A stretch of DNA of 21,279 nucleotides from Dysosmobacter sp. HCP28S3_G4 (GCF_052065175.1 NZ_JBQHUP010000046.1:1-21279), one strand, 5' to 3'; shown: positions 7,053 through 15,714, numbered from the stretch's first letter. Made by a program: numbers and translations. The notes: generated by a model from the sequence alone, not told the origin.

Positions 7053-9863
7053 TCACTTTCCGGAGAGACTGCGCCTGCCCGCCGCAGCCTGCCGCTTCAG
7101 CTGCTCTTCATATTTCGAGACCAGCTTTTCCTTCTGCTCTTTCAGATACGCCTTCTCCTCCTCGCTGTACTCTTTGCAGTCGATCGCCGCCGCCTGAATG
7201 ATCTTCAGATCTTCCCGATTCAGGTCGCACCATCCCCGGCTCTCATAAAAGCAGTACAGGATCGGAAAGTCCAGAATCCGGAAGCGGATGGCTTTCTTCT
7301 TTTTGGACTGGAAGCGGTCAAGGCGGGCTTTCCGCGCTTTCGGCCACGGTGCGTTCTCCACGTCCTTGTATTGATGCGGTTTCCCTTGCACATCCCCAAA
7401 ATAGGCGATCGTCCATGAGCGGTGCACCAGATCCGCCTCGGAGCCGGGAATCAGCGTCTTTGCGTATTCCAGTGCGATCCTGGAGGGGCCTGTCAGAACC
7501 GCGCCATACGCCAGGTCCAGCTTCAAATAAGGGTCCCGCTCACATTCGTAAGCCTTCTCCACAAACTCTGGAATGTCCTTTGACAGCATGGGAAGCCTGG
7601 TCACAAAATAGAGCAGCTCATTTTTCAGGGAGAACAGCCCCTCTCCGGACAAGTTATCCAGAAGACTCCGCGTCTCGGCGTCCAGGCTCGACTCGTCCGG
7701 CCGGACCGTGTACAGATAGATGTCCATCAGGTTCTTTTGGAGCCTGCGCAGTTCTTCCTCGTCCCGGATGGTACTGATGGCTCCCCGCACATAGTCGGTG
7801 ATATCATTTCGCAGCGTCTGCCGCAATACACTGACCACCGCCGCGCCGCCTTGCTGGAATGCGGTGAAGACGCTCTCGGCGTAGAAATAGGCACAGAGGC
7901 TGCGGTGATAAAACCCGGTAGCCGTCTTCGCTCCGTCTTCGGAAAATCCGGAGAATGTCAGCAAGCCTGTAATGGCAGTATCCTGATATCGGACGCTGCA
8001 GCACGGCCCATAGTAGAGCTCCTGCGCAATTCCCTGCAACGCATCCATGATCTTATCGTCCGTCATACAGCTTGTCTTCCGGGCCCGCTCCTTTTTCAGC
8101 CAGCAGCGGAAGAACGAGTGGTACAACAGATAGAGCGGCTGATCCGCCGTGACCAGGCTCTGGACAACGCCGCCGGTCAGTCCGTCATTTTCCAGAAGAT
8201 AGATCAGCAGCGTCAGCTGGAACGGCGTCTCCGTAAAGCCGGTCATCGCCAGGTTTACGTCCATTGCCTTGTTGAAATCCTCCAAAAGCTTTTCATTCCG
8301 GGTCTGCTTGGCATAGTTCCTGGCATATCGCTCCGCCATACGGAAATCCCACTTTTGCAAGGTTATGACATTTTCAATATAGCGGCTCAGGTCCGGGGAT
8401 TCCTGGTGGTAATAGTGCTCCGTCCGCCAGCCGAACCAAACTGTCGTGTTGGAGCCCGGTTCCGACAGTCTGGAGAGCAGCTTCGGCAGGCCGTCAAAGA
8501 ACCTGGTATCGCTCACCTCATCCATGCCGTCCAGCAGGATGATCCGATGCTGTGAGGGCCTGGCCTCTCCCCGCAGATAGCCGGCGACGCACCGTTCGTA
8601 GGGGGTCATCTCTTCCCTTTGCAGGGCGGAGGCGTGGAGGTACAAAAATTCCCGAGACTGGTTCTCAAAGAGATACAGGTATTTCAAAAGAGTCGTCTTT
8701 CCGAAGCCGGCGTCGCCGGAGATCACGATGTGCTTGTTCCGATACTGCACCCGGAGGCTGCGGTAAGGGATGCTCCTTTTGACCTTTTGACCTCTCAGGT
8801 TGGGCGTGATGAACAGTTTGGGAAACAGTCCCCGGAAGGACGCGCTCTGCTTCATCCACGGAAGGAGGAGATCGTTTTTCAGCAGTTCCTGGTTTTCCGT
8901 GACCATTTTTCCGGTCAGGCGGACACGGGTGGGCAGAGCGGTTTTTTCGCGGATGCTGTCGTTAAACTGTCCATACTCGCTCCAGCCTGTTTTGGCGCCG
9001 AACTTGCCGTCCCACTGGTATGCGGTATATGTCTGTGTCCGGGTGTCGCCATAGAGGAACGCCGCCTGGGCGCCGGTTTCCTGCTTCAGGCACCCCATGG
9101 TGATCTCCAGGTGATTGCCGACGGAACGCCACCAGACGTTGTGGGCGTCTCCGCAAAGATACAGGCGCACAGGATAGTCTTGGAAGATGCTCTCTACTGC
9201 CTGCCGTTCCTCCGGCGACAGATACTCCAGGGCGTGGTGGGCCAGTACGATGATGGGACATTGGGGATGTTGCGCTTTGATCTCCTCCAGCAAGCAGGCC
9301 AATTCGTTGTTGCCGATAATCAGCTCGCCCCGGCTGCTATCACTGACGTGCATGACGGCAGTGTTCAAGGTCAGCAGGATCATATTCCCAACCACTTCGT
9401 ACTGGTGGAGCGGCTGGTCCTTCCACGGATCCTTCGCTCCATACAGCCTGCCGCAGACCGTGTAAAAGAATGAGAACTCTGATTTCAGGAACTTCAGATC
9501 CTCAGTGGAAAAGGTGCCTTTCGCATAGTCATACGCTTTTTGGATCTTCTCATACCGTTCCGCCGCAGCTCCTTCGCTGCGCCTGCGGTCATGGTTCCCC
9601 GGCGCCAGATGGATATGTTCCGCCTCTGTGATCCCGGCGGCTTCCGCGATCTTCCAAATGTACTCCACCGCATTTGCGGCCGTCTCCTCCTCGGGCGCAT
9701 CCTTTTGAAAGAAGGCATGGCGGTAATCTCCGGTGACGAACAGCTCGTCCGCCTCCAGTTTGTTTTTCCGGATAAACTCCGGCAGATAGTTCCGGAGGTT
9801 CCGTGCGGAACGCCCGTCCCCTTCCGGATTGTAATGGATATCTGATATGTGCAAAAACCTCAT
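7053..9863 (-). CDS. Fusion protein of 936 aa: N-terminal calcineurin-like metallophosphoesterase, NACHT/STAND P-loop NTPase, and an unassigned C-terminal domain. Candidate NLR-like defence protein.
   Basis: The start was chosen at the ATG at 9863 (MRFLHISDIHY) because GGAGGG lies 6 nt upstream; the 71-codon extension in the ORF track has no RBS. MPE motifs I-V are present: SDIH (res 7-10), GDYRH (45-49), GNHD (89-92), AHH (208-210), GDAH (238-241). NACHT features are Walker A GDAGFGKT (res 383-390, nt 8694-8717), Walker B IILLDGMDEV (res 441-450, nt 8514-8543, with the DGxDE signature), a downstream WRTEH sensor-like arginine, and a TPFQLTLLIYL helix. Confidence 0.85.
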   Translation of the reverse strand: MRFLHISDIHYNPEGDGRSARNLRNYLPEFIRKNKLEADELFVTGDYRHAFFQKDAPEEETAANAVEYIWKIAEAAGITEAEHIHLAPGNHDRRRSEGAAAERYEKIQKAYDYAKGTFSTEDLKFLKSEFSFFYTVCGRLYGAKDPWKDQPLHQYEVVGNMILLTLNTAVMHVSDSSRGELIIGNNELACLLEEIKAQHPQCPIIVLAHHALEYLSPEERQAVESIFQDYPVRLYLCGDAHNVWWRSVGNHLEITMGCLKQETGAQAAFLYGDTRTQTYTAYQWDGKFGAKTGWSEYGQFNDSIREKTALPTRVRLTGKMVTENQELLKNDLLLPWMKQSASFRGLFPKLFITPNLRGQKVKRSIPYRSLRVQYRNKHIVISGDAGFGKTTLLKYLYLFENQSREFLYLHASALQREEMTPYERCVAGYLRGEARPSQHRIILLDGMDEVSDTRFFDGLPKLLSRLSEPGSNTTVWFGWRTEHYYHQESPDLSRYIENVITLQKWDFRMAERYARNYAKQTRNEKLLEDFNKAMDVNLAMTGFTETPFQLTLLIYLLENDGLTGGVVQSLVTADQPLYLLYHSFFRCWLKKERARKTSCMTDDKIMDALQGIAQELYYGPCCSVRYQDTAITGLLTFSGFSEDGAKTATGFYHRSLCAYFYAESVFTAFQQGGAAVVSVLRQTLRNDITDYVRGAISTIRDEEELRRLQKNLMDIYLYTVRPDESSLDAETRSLLDNLSGEGLFSLKNELLYFVTRLPMLSKDIPEFVEKAYECERDPYLKLDLAYGAVLTGPSRIALEYAKTLIPGSEADLVHRSWTIAYFGDVQGKPHQYKDVENAPWPKARKARLDRFQSKKKKAIRFRILDFPILYCFYESRGWCDLNREDLKIIQAAAIDCKEYSEEEKAYLKEQKEKLVSKYEEQLKRQAAAGRRSLSGK

Positions 9864-10274
9864 AGCCATCCCTCCCACACAGGAAATACACACCGTCCGG
9901 ACTGGCCGCACAAAATTCAAATGCCCAGTCGCTCTCTGGGGACAGTTTATCACAAAATTTTCCTCAATAAAAGGTACAGATTCATATGAGGGAGTATTCT
10001 GTTTCCAGATAGATTTTCTTTCGGTCTGCGTGCAGCAGCCTGATTGCTTACCTGTAATTGCAATGCGTCTCCTCATAGACTAGCACAGATATAGGTACGA
10101 GTCATTACATTACCATATCCAACCATGCGCAGATGGCCAGCTTTGTGGCACTGAACAGAACCTTCTATAACAGTCTCAGTGATGATGAGGACAAGGCCAT
10201 TCTGGACGCATCAAGGGCGAGGGCTTTTCTTCAGACTCGCCGCTCTGCGGAATGGTCCTTCCTCGAAAAAGCAC

Positions 10275-10303
10275 TTGTGTTTTTCCACAGAATGGCGTAT
10301 AAT
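10275..10303 (+). promoter_or_regulatory. Sigma-A type promoter for the thiC leader
   Basis: TTGTGT (10275-10280), a 17-nt spacer, then consensus TATAAT (10298-10303). It lies about 30 nt upstream of the TPP riboswitch. Confidence 0.55.
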
Positions 10304-10329
10304 CACTTTGCCAAGGAGAATAAAATGCA

Positions 10330-10415
10330 GAAAAAGGGAGCTCGCAAACGGGCTGAGAGGAAGCTGTGCGCTTCGACCTGTGACCTGATTTGGGTAATGC
10401 CAACGTAGGGAGATA
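10330..10415 (+). promoter_or_regulatory. TPP (THI-box) riboswitch
   Basis: AGGGAGCTCGCAAACGGGCTGAGAGGAAGCTGTGCGCTTCGACCTGTGACCTGATTTGGGTAATGCCAACGTAGGGAG contains the hallmark THI-box blocks GCTGAGA, ACCTGAT.TGG.TAATGCCA.CGTAGGGA. It is located upstream of thiC, the classic regulated gene. Confidence 0.8.
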
Positions 10416-10431
10416 AAGCACCGGTATCAAA

Positions 10432-10484
10432 TGCCGTGGGAATGTCTTTCCTCACCCTGCGAAAGACGCCCACGGCATTTTTCT
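10432..10484 (+). terminator. Intrinsic terminator (expression platform of the TPP riboswitch)
   Basis: TGCCGTGGG (10432-10440) pairs with CCCACGGCA (10469-10477). An inner extension pairs GTCTTTC (10444-10450) with GAAAGAC (10461-10467). The stem is followed by TTTTTCT. Confidence 0.75.
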
Positions 10485-10771
10485 ATCATGCGGCCCGCGG
10501 AGGTCCTGCGTTTCTTCTCCGGCCGCGGTGGATCGGGGGCACCACCTTCCGCCGCGCAAGAAAATTCCATTCTGTGCAGAAAAGGAGAACTCTATGAGAA
10601 CAGCATGGAACAGCGCCGGGATATCCGGTGCAGGCGCCGGGAATCTGACAGACAGCAGAAGGCCCCACAGAATGGCCGCTGCCCAGGCACCTCCCGGCGC
10701 TGCGTCCAGGCTCCTGTGGGAGCCGCGGGACACGACAACAGCGAATCAGAAAACTTTGGGAGGAATTTGAA

Positions 10772-12079
10772 ATGGATCGTACTTACACCACACAGATGGA
10801 CGCCGCCCGCAGGGGCATCGTCACGCCGGAACTGGAGACCGTGGCCAAAAAGGAACGGATGACCGCCCAGGAGCTGCTGCCCCTGGTGGCATCGGGCAAG
10901 GTGGTCATCCCCGCCAACCGCCTGCATACCTGCCTGGACCCCGAGGGCATCGGCTCCATGCTCCGCACCAAGATCAATGTCAACCTGGGCGTCTCCCGGG
11001 ACTGCAAGGACTACAACGTGGAGATGCAGAAGGTGCTCTCCGCCGTGAACATGGGGGCGGAGGCCATCATGGACCTGTCCAGCCACGGCGACACCGGCCC
11101 CTTCCGCCGGAAGCTCACCGCGGAGTGTCCGGTGATGATCGGCACTGTGCCGGTCTATGACAGCGTCATCCACTATCAGCGGGATCTGGACACCCTGACC
11201 GCCAAAGACTTCATCGACGTGGTCCGCCTGCACGCCCAGGAGGGTGTGGACTTCGTCACACTCCACTGCGGCATCACCCGCAAGACCATTGACCAGATCC
11301 GCAAGCACAAGCGGAAGATGAATATCGTCTCCCGGGGCGGCTCCCTGGTGTTCGCCTGGATGTGCATGACCGGCGAGGAAAATCCCTTCTACGAGTATTA
11401 CGACGAGATCCTGGACATCTGCCGGGAGTACGACGTGACCATCTCCCTGGGCGACGCCTGCCGTCCCGGCTGTCTGGCCGACGCCACCGACGTGTGCCAG
11501 ATCGAGGAGCTGGTGCGTCTGGGCGAGCTGACCAAGCGGGCCTGGGAGAAGGACGTCCAAGTGATGGTGGAGGGTCCCGGCCATGTGCCCATGGACCAGA
11601 TCGCCGCCAACATGAAGGTGCAGCAGACCATCTGCATGGGCGCCCCCTTCTATGTTCTGGGCCCCCTGGTGACGGACATCGCCCCCGGCTACGACCACAT
11701 CACCGCCGCTATCGGCGGCGCCATGGCCGCCATGAACGGTGCCGCGTTCCTCTGCTATGTGACGCCGGCGGAGCATCTGGCCCTCCCCAATCTGGACGAC
11801 GTGAAGCAGGGCATCATCGCCAGCAAGATCGCCGCCCACGCCGCCGACATCGCCAAGGGCGTCCGGGGCGCCCGTGAGATTGATGACAAGATGGGCGACG
11901 CCCGCCGCGCCCTGGACTGGGATGCCCAGTGGAAGTGCGCCCTGGACCCGGAGACGGCCAAAGCCATCCGGGATGACCGCTCCCCGGAACACGACGACAC
12001 CTGCTCCATGTGCGGCAAGTTCTGCGCGGTGCGCAGCATGAACAAGGCCCTCAACGGCGAACACATCGACATTCTGTGA
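10772..12079 (+). CDS. thiC: Phosphomethylpyrimidine synthase ThiC (radical-SAM HMP-P synthase), 435 aa
   Basis: Full-length short-form ThiC ([22 protein letters not shown]...) with the C-terminal Fe-S cluster motif CSMCGKFC. The RBS is GGAGG with an 8-nt spacer, and a TPP riboswitch lies upstream. Confidence 0.95.
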   Translation: MDRTYTTQMDAARRGIVTPELETVAKKERMTAQELLPLVASGKVVIPANRLHTCLDPEGIGSMLRTKINVNLGVSRDCKDYNVEMQKVLSAVNMGAEAIMDLSSHGDTGPFRRKLTAECPVMIGTVPVYDSVIHYQRDLDTLTAKDFIDVVRLHAQEGVDFVTLHCGITRKTIDQIRKHKRKMNIVSRGGSLVFAWMCMTGEENPFYEYYDEILDICREYDVTISLGDACRPGCLADATDVCQIEELVRLGELTKRAWEKDVQVMVEGPGHVPMDQIAANMKVQQTICMGAPFYVLGPLVTDIAPGYDHITAAIGGAMAAMNGAAFLCYVTPAEHLALPNLDDVKQGIIASKIAAHAADIAKGVRGAREIDDKMGDARRALDWDAQWKCALDPETAKAIRDDRSPEHDDTCSMCGKFCAVRSMNKALNGEHIDIL

Positions 12080-12121
12080 CGGCCCGGGGGTGTTCCCCCG
12101 AGGCCTGTGAGAAAACAACCG

Positions 12122-12160
12122 TGCCGGGATGCAGCGTTGACTGCATCCCGGCATTTTTAT
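12122..12160. terminator. Bidirectional intrinsic terminator between the convergent thiC and YibE/F-like genes
   Basis: A 13-bp stem TGCCGGGATGCAG (12122-12134) / CTGCATCCCGGCA (12141-12153) with loop CGTTGA. It is followed by TTTTTAT on the plus strand and by GGTTGTTTTCT on the minus strand. Confidence 0.8.
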
Positions 12161-12184
12161 GGAAACGTCTTCCCTTCCGGACCG

Positions 12185-13480
12185 TCACGCCGTCCGGCGA
12201 GTCAGCAGAAGACCGCTGGTGATGGCCGTCAGGGGCGCCACCGTCACCAGGCCGAAGGAGCCCACGATGGTGTGGACGATCTCCGCTGCCACATACTTGT
12301 AGTTCAGGATGAACTCCACCGGCGTGCCCTGGGCCATGAACACCATCAGCAGGGCGATGTAGCTGCCGGAATAGGCCAGCAGCAGCGTGGTGGTCGTGGA
12401 ACCGCAGGCGGCCCGGCCCACGGCGAAGCCCGAGGAGACGGCCTCTCGGGCGCCGATGTCCGGCCGCTTCTGCACCACCTCGTACACGGCGGAGCAGATG
12501 TCCACCGACAGGTCCATCACCGCGCCGGAGGAGCCGAGAAAGATGGAGGCCATGAAGATCTGCGTCAGGTCCAGATTCTGATATCCGGCGTACAGCAGGC
12601 TCTCGCTGGACTCCATGACGGCGCCGTGGATGCGGAACAGGTTCGTGAACACCACGCCCAGCACCGCCGTGACGGCGATGCCCAGAGCCGCGCCAGAGGT
12701 GGCGGCCAGGCACCGGCGGTCAAAGCCGTAGATCAGGCTGAGGATCAGCGCCGTCAGCGCCAGCACCATGGCAAGAGCCAGCCATACCGGGTTCCAGCCC
12801 CGCAGCAGACAGGGCACCAGCACCTTCCACATCAGCAGAATGGTGTCCACGAAGGAGAGGATTGCCCGGACGCCGGTCCATCCGGCAAACAGCACCAGCT
12901 GCAGCAAAAACAGTCCCGCCAGAAGCGCCTCCTTGTCCAGCCGGTAGTGGTCGGTCATGGAGACCACGGAGATGACGCCTCCGCTGTGGCTGACGGTGAC
13001 AAAGGCGATGTCGCCGGGGGCAAACAACTTGTCCTGGGCCAGGGAGCCGTTGAGCCGGTTGACGGCCTCCACCGTCTGTCCCTCAAAATGGCCGCCCAGC
13101 AGCTTCACCGTGCACCGCTGTTCGCCGGTGCGGATCAACCCGGTGTCCACGATGTCGCTCTCGTCGGTGGCCAGCACCTCCGCCCGGACACGGTCGGCGT
13201 TCTGATAGGTCAGCCTGCCCTCAAAACCCGTGGGCAGCATCAGTTCCTCTGCGGTCATGTGGGTCTTGTTGTCCCGCATTTCTCTGGACAGTAGCATCTG
13301 GTCCGCCAGGGAGCCCACCCGCACCATGAAAAACTCGTCCAGATTGCTCTGGTAGATGGAGGCGAAAGTCAGCCGCTCACACAGCGGCACGCTTTCGCTC
13401 TCCGCCTCCTCCAACACCCGTTCATTGAATTTCAGCCAGGACAGTTCCCGGTTCAAATAGGTATTCATCCCTCGCCCCAC
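12185..13480 (-). CDS. Chimeric ORF: polyphosphate kinase 1 (PPK1) N-terminal ~80 aa fused in frame to a YibE/F-family multipass membrane protein
   Basis: Residues ~7-80 ([51 protein letters not shown]...[10 protein letters not shown]) align almost block for block with the PPK1 N-terminus (E. coli: [51 protein letters not shown]). From about residue 85 onward the sequence is a typical YibE/F protein: a soluble beta-rich segment ending ...MTDHYR followed by about 7 TM helices. The junction lies at roughly nt 13225-13250. Confidence 0.7.
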   Translation of the reverse strand: MGRGMNTYLNRELSWLKFNERVLEEAESESVPLCERLTFASIYQSNLDEFFMVRVGSLADQMLLSREMRDNKTHMTAEELMLPTGFEGRLTYQNADRVRAEVLATDESDIVDTGLIRTGEQRCTVKLLGGHFEGQTVEAVNRLNGSLAQDKLFAPGDIAFVTVSHSGGVISVVSMTDHYRLDKEALLAGLFLLQLVLFAGWTGVRAILSFVDTILLMWKVLVPCLLRGWNPVWLALAMVLALTALILSLIYGFDRRCLAATSGAALGIAVTAVLGVVFTNLFRIHGAVMESSESLLYAGYQNLDLTQIFMASIFLGSSGAVMDLSVDICSAVYEVVQKRPDIGAREAVSSGFAVGRAACGSTTTTLLLAYSGSYIALLMVFMAQGTPVEFILNYKYVAAEIVHTIVGSFGLVTVAPLTAITSGLLLTRRTA

Positions 13481-13693
13481 ACTTTCTCCATGATTCTCAG
13501 ACTCTGCTCAGTATAAAAAAAGCGGCGGCACTTCGACACCGTTCTCCCGTAAAAGCTCCGTTAAATCGTCGTAAAGTGCATCGGCGGCAGACGCACTTTA
13601 CACACACCTTACAAACCTTTTACAGCCTGGCGGTGGCTGCCGGCTCCTCCCCACGGTAAAATATCTGAAGCAGAAGAAAGAGAGGTCCACGGA

Positions 13694-14647
13694 ATGGATA
13701 TTCGTCTTCAGGACATCACCAAATCCTACGGCGGGAAGGCTGTGATCCGGCCCACTACGCTCCGGATCGACAGCGGCAGCTTCACCACCCTCCTGGGGCC
13801 GTCGGGCTGCGGCAAGACCACCCTGCTCCGCATGATCGCCGGATTGGAGACACCGGACACGGGCGAGATCTTCTTCGATGACCGCTGTGTCTTTTCCCAG
13901 GAGAAAAGGATCAGCGTACCGCCGGAAAAGCGGGGGCTGGGATTCGTGTTTCAGGACTTTGCCCTGTGGCCCCACATGAGCGTCTTTGAAAATGTGGCCT
14001 TCGGCCTGCGGGCTTCGGGAGACACCAAAGACCTGGACCGGCGGGTAAAAGACGCGCTCCACGCCGTGCAGCTGGACGAATTTGCTCAGCGGTATCCCCA
14101 TCAGCTCTCCGGCGGTCAGCAGCAGAGGGTGGCCTTTGCCCGGGCTATCGTCATCGAGCCCCAGTGCATCCTGTTCGACGAGCCCCTGTCCGCCTTGGAC
14201 GCCCTGCTCCGGGAGGAAATGCGCACGGAGTTGCGGGAGCTGACCTCGCGGCTGGGCATCACCTCCGTCTTCGTCACCCACGACCAGACGGAGGCCATGA
14301 GCATGAGCGACCGGATCGCCGTCCTCTCCGGCGGCGCGGTGGAGCAGTACGACAGTCCGGAGATCATCTACTCCGCGCCCAAAACAGAATTTGTGGCCCG
14401 TTTTGTGGGAGCCTCCAACTGGATCGACGATCACCACATGTTCCGCCCGGAAAAAGCCGCTCTGCGATTTGCGGAGCATACCCAGCGGTTCGACGCCCAG
14501 GTCCAGTCCGCCCAATTCCTGGGCAGTTCCTATCAACTCCATCTGAAATACCGGGGCCAGAACTGGGTGCTGCCGTCTGCGGAAAAAATGTCTGTCGGGA
14601 CATCCCTCCCGATTTACATAGAGGAACAAAACATCATCACACTTTAA
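13694..14647 (+). CDS. ABC transporter ATP-binding protein (PotA/FbpC/ThiQ-like importer ATPase), 317 aa
   Basis: Carries Walker A GPSGCGKTT, the Q-loop, the signature LSGGQQQRVAFARA, Walker B ILFDEPLSALD and the H-loop VTHD. Confidence 0.9.
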   Translation: MDIRLQDITKSYGGKAVIRPTTLRIDSGSFTTLLGPSGCGKTTLLRMIAGLETPDTGEIFFDDRCVFSQEKRISVPPEKRGLGFVFQDFALWPHMSVFENVAFGLRASGDTKDLDRRVKDALHAVQLDEFAQRYPHQLSGGQQQRVAFARAIVIEPQCILFDEPLSALDALLREEMRTELRELTSRLGITSVFVTHDQTEAMSMSDRIAVLSGGAVEQYDSPEIIYSAPKTEFVARFVGASNWIDDHHMFRPEKAALRFAEHTQRFDAQVQSAQFLGSSYQLHLKYRGQNWVLPSAEKMSVGTSLPIYIEEQNIITL

Positions 14648-14664
14648 GGAAACGAGGTTTGAAC

Positions 14665-15714
14665 ATGAAAAAAATGCTCGCGTTTTTGCTGGCCGGTGCC
14701 ATGTGCCTTGGTCTGGCCGCCTGCGGCAGCAGTGCCGCACCTGCCGGTACCAGCACCGACAAGCCCGCCGGATCCCAGAGCGCCGATGTGCAGGAGCCTG
14801 CCGGGACCAAGGAGCTGTCCGGCAAAGTGACCGTCTACATGCCCTCCCCCGCCGGTCTTGCGGACAAGATCGCCGCCGGCTTCACCGCCGCCACCGGCGT
14901 GGAGGTGGAGCAGTTCCAGGGCACCACCGGCGAGATCCTGGCCCGTCTGGAAGCGGAAGAGGCCAATCCCGTGGCCGATGTGGTCATTCTGGCCTCCTGG
15001 TCCGACGGCCTTTCCATGAAGCAGGACGGCAAGCTCGTCTCCTACATCCCCGCCAACGCCGACAAGGTAGCGGACGGCTGGATCGACGAGGATTCCACGC
15101 TGTTCGGCTACAGCGCCTCCGCCGTGGGCGTCATCTACAACACCTCCGTGATCCCCGAGCTGTCCGCCGACTGGTCCGAGCTGAGCGACGCCCAGTACAA
15201 GGATCAGCTGGCCATTCCCGACCCGGAGAAGTCCGGCGCTTGCAAAGATTTCGTGGCGGGATACGTCAACGCCAACGGCTGGGATGACTTCCAGGCCATG
15301 GCCGACAACGGCATGACCGTCCCCGGCGCCAACAAGGCCGCTCTGGAGGCCGTCACCACCGGTGAAGTGGGCATCCTGGTGGCCGGCGTGGACTACAACG
15401 CCTATTCCTCCATCAACAAGGGTGAGCCTCTGAACATCTACTATCCCGCCGGCGGCACCGTGGTCAATCCCCGTCCGGCCATGATCCTGAACACCGCCCC
15501 CAATATGGACAATGCCAAGGCCTTCATTGACTATCTGTTCTCCGACGAGGCCCAGCAGCTGGTGGCTGACGCCTATCTGCTGCCCGGCCGCAGCGACGTA
15601 AAGTGCGAGGGCCGCACCAACCTGGAGGACATCCCCCAGATTGAATGCGACTGGGACGCCATGATGGCCATTGCCTCCGACTCCGCCGCCAAGATCAACG
15701 AGATCTGCCAGTAA
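14665..15714 (+). CDS. ABC transporter extracellular solute-binding lipoprotein (Fe3+/thiamine/polyamine-type SBP), 349 aa
   Basis: ORF 14164..15714 trimmed to the ATG at 14665. The N-terminus MKKMLAFLLAGAMCLGLAAC GSS is a lipoprotein signal peptide with lipobox LAAC. The body resembles family-1 Fe3+-type SBPs. The start lies 18 nt after the ATPase stop. Confidence 0.85.
   Translation: MKKMLAFLLAGAMCLGLAACGSSAAPAGTSTDKPAGSQSADVQEPAGTKELSGKVTVYMPSPAGLADKIAAGFTAATGVEVEQFQGTTGEILARLEAEEANPVADVVILASWSDGLSMKQDGKLVSYIPANADKVADGWIDEDSTLFGYSASAVGVIYNTSVIPELSADWSELSDAQYKDQLAIPDPEKSGACKDFVAGYVNANGWDDFQAMADNGMTVPGANKAALEAVTTGEVGILVAGVDYNAYSSINKGEPLNIYYPAGGTVVNPRPAMILNTAPNMDNAKAFIDYLFSDEAQQLVADAYLLPGRSDVKCEGRTNLEDIPQIECDWDAMMAIASDSAAKINEICQ

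Noticed and set aside
9864-10076. A 71-codon N-terminal extension of the NACHT ORF (MRRRIAITGKQSGCC...). Similar extensions occur on ORFs 183..1868, 5818..6924 and 14164..15714.
   Set aside because: Internal ATGs with well-spaced Shine-Dalgarno sequences coincide with the family-typical N-termini (MRFLHISDIH, MRTIYHNG, MKVSFYN, MKKMLAFLL signal peptide). The extensions are AT-rich or shadow sequence without RBSs.
10133-10408. A 91-aa plus-strand ORF upstream of thiC
   Set aside because: Its 3' half overlaps the thiC-leader promoter (10275-10303) and the TPP riboswitch (10330-10415), whose conserved blocks explain the sequence better. I found no RBS and no recognisable protein similarity. At most, the 5' part is a remnant.
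10594-10770. Reading the small pre-thiC ORF as a ThiS-like sulfur carrier because of its near-C-terminal Gly-Gly (…LGGI)
   Set aside because: The sequence is Ala/Gly/Pro/Arg-rich and low-complexity, with no resemblance to the ThiS beta-grasp pattern. The GG is not C-terminal, and codon usage is unlike neighbouring genes. It is retained only as a low-interest uORF/spacer observation.
13481-13693. A possible TPP or other riboswitch upstream of the Fe3+/thiamine-type ABC operon, including the 9-bp hairpin GTAAAGTGC...GCACTTTAC at 13571-13601
   Set aside because: No THI-box blocks (CTGAGA / CCTGATCTGGATAATGCC) or other riboswitch consensus that I recognise are present on the plus strand. The hairpin has no U-tract. 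Evidence is insufficient for any call.
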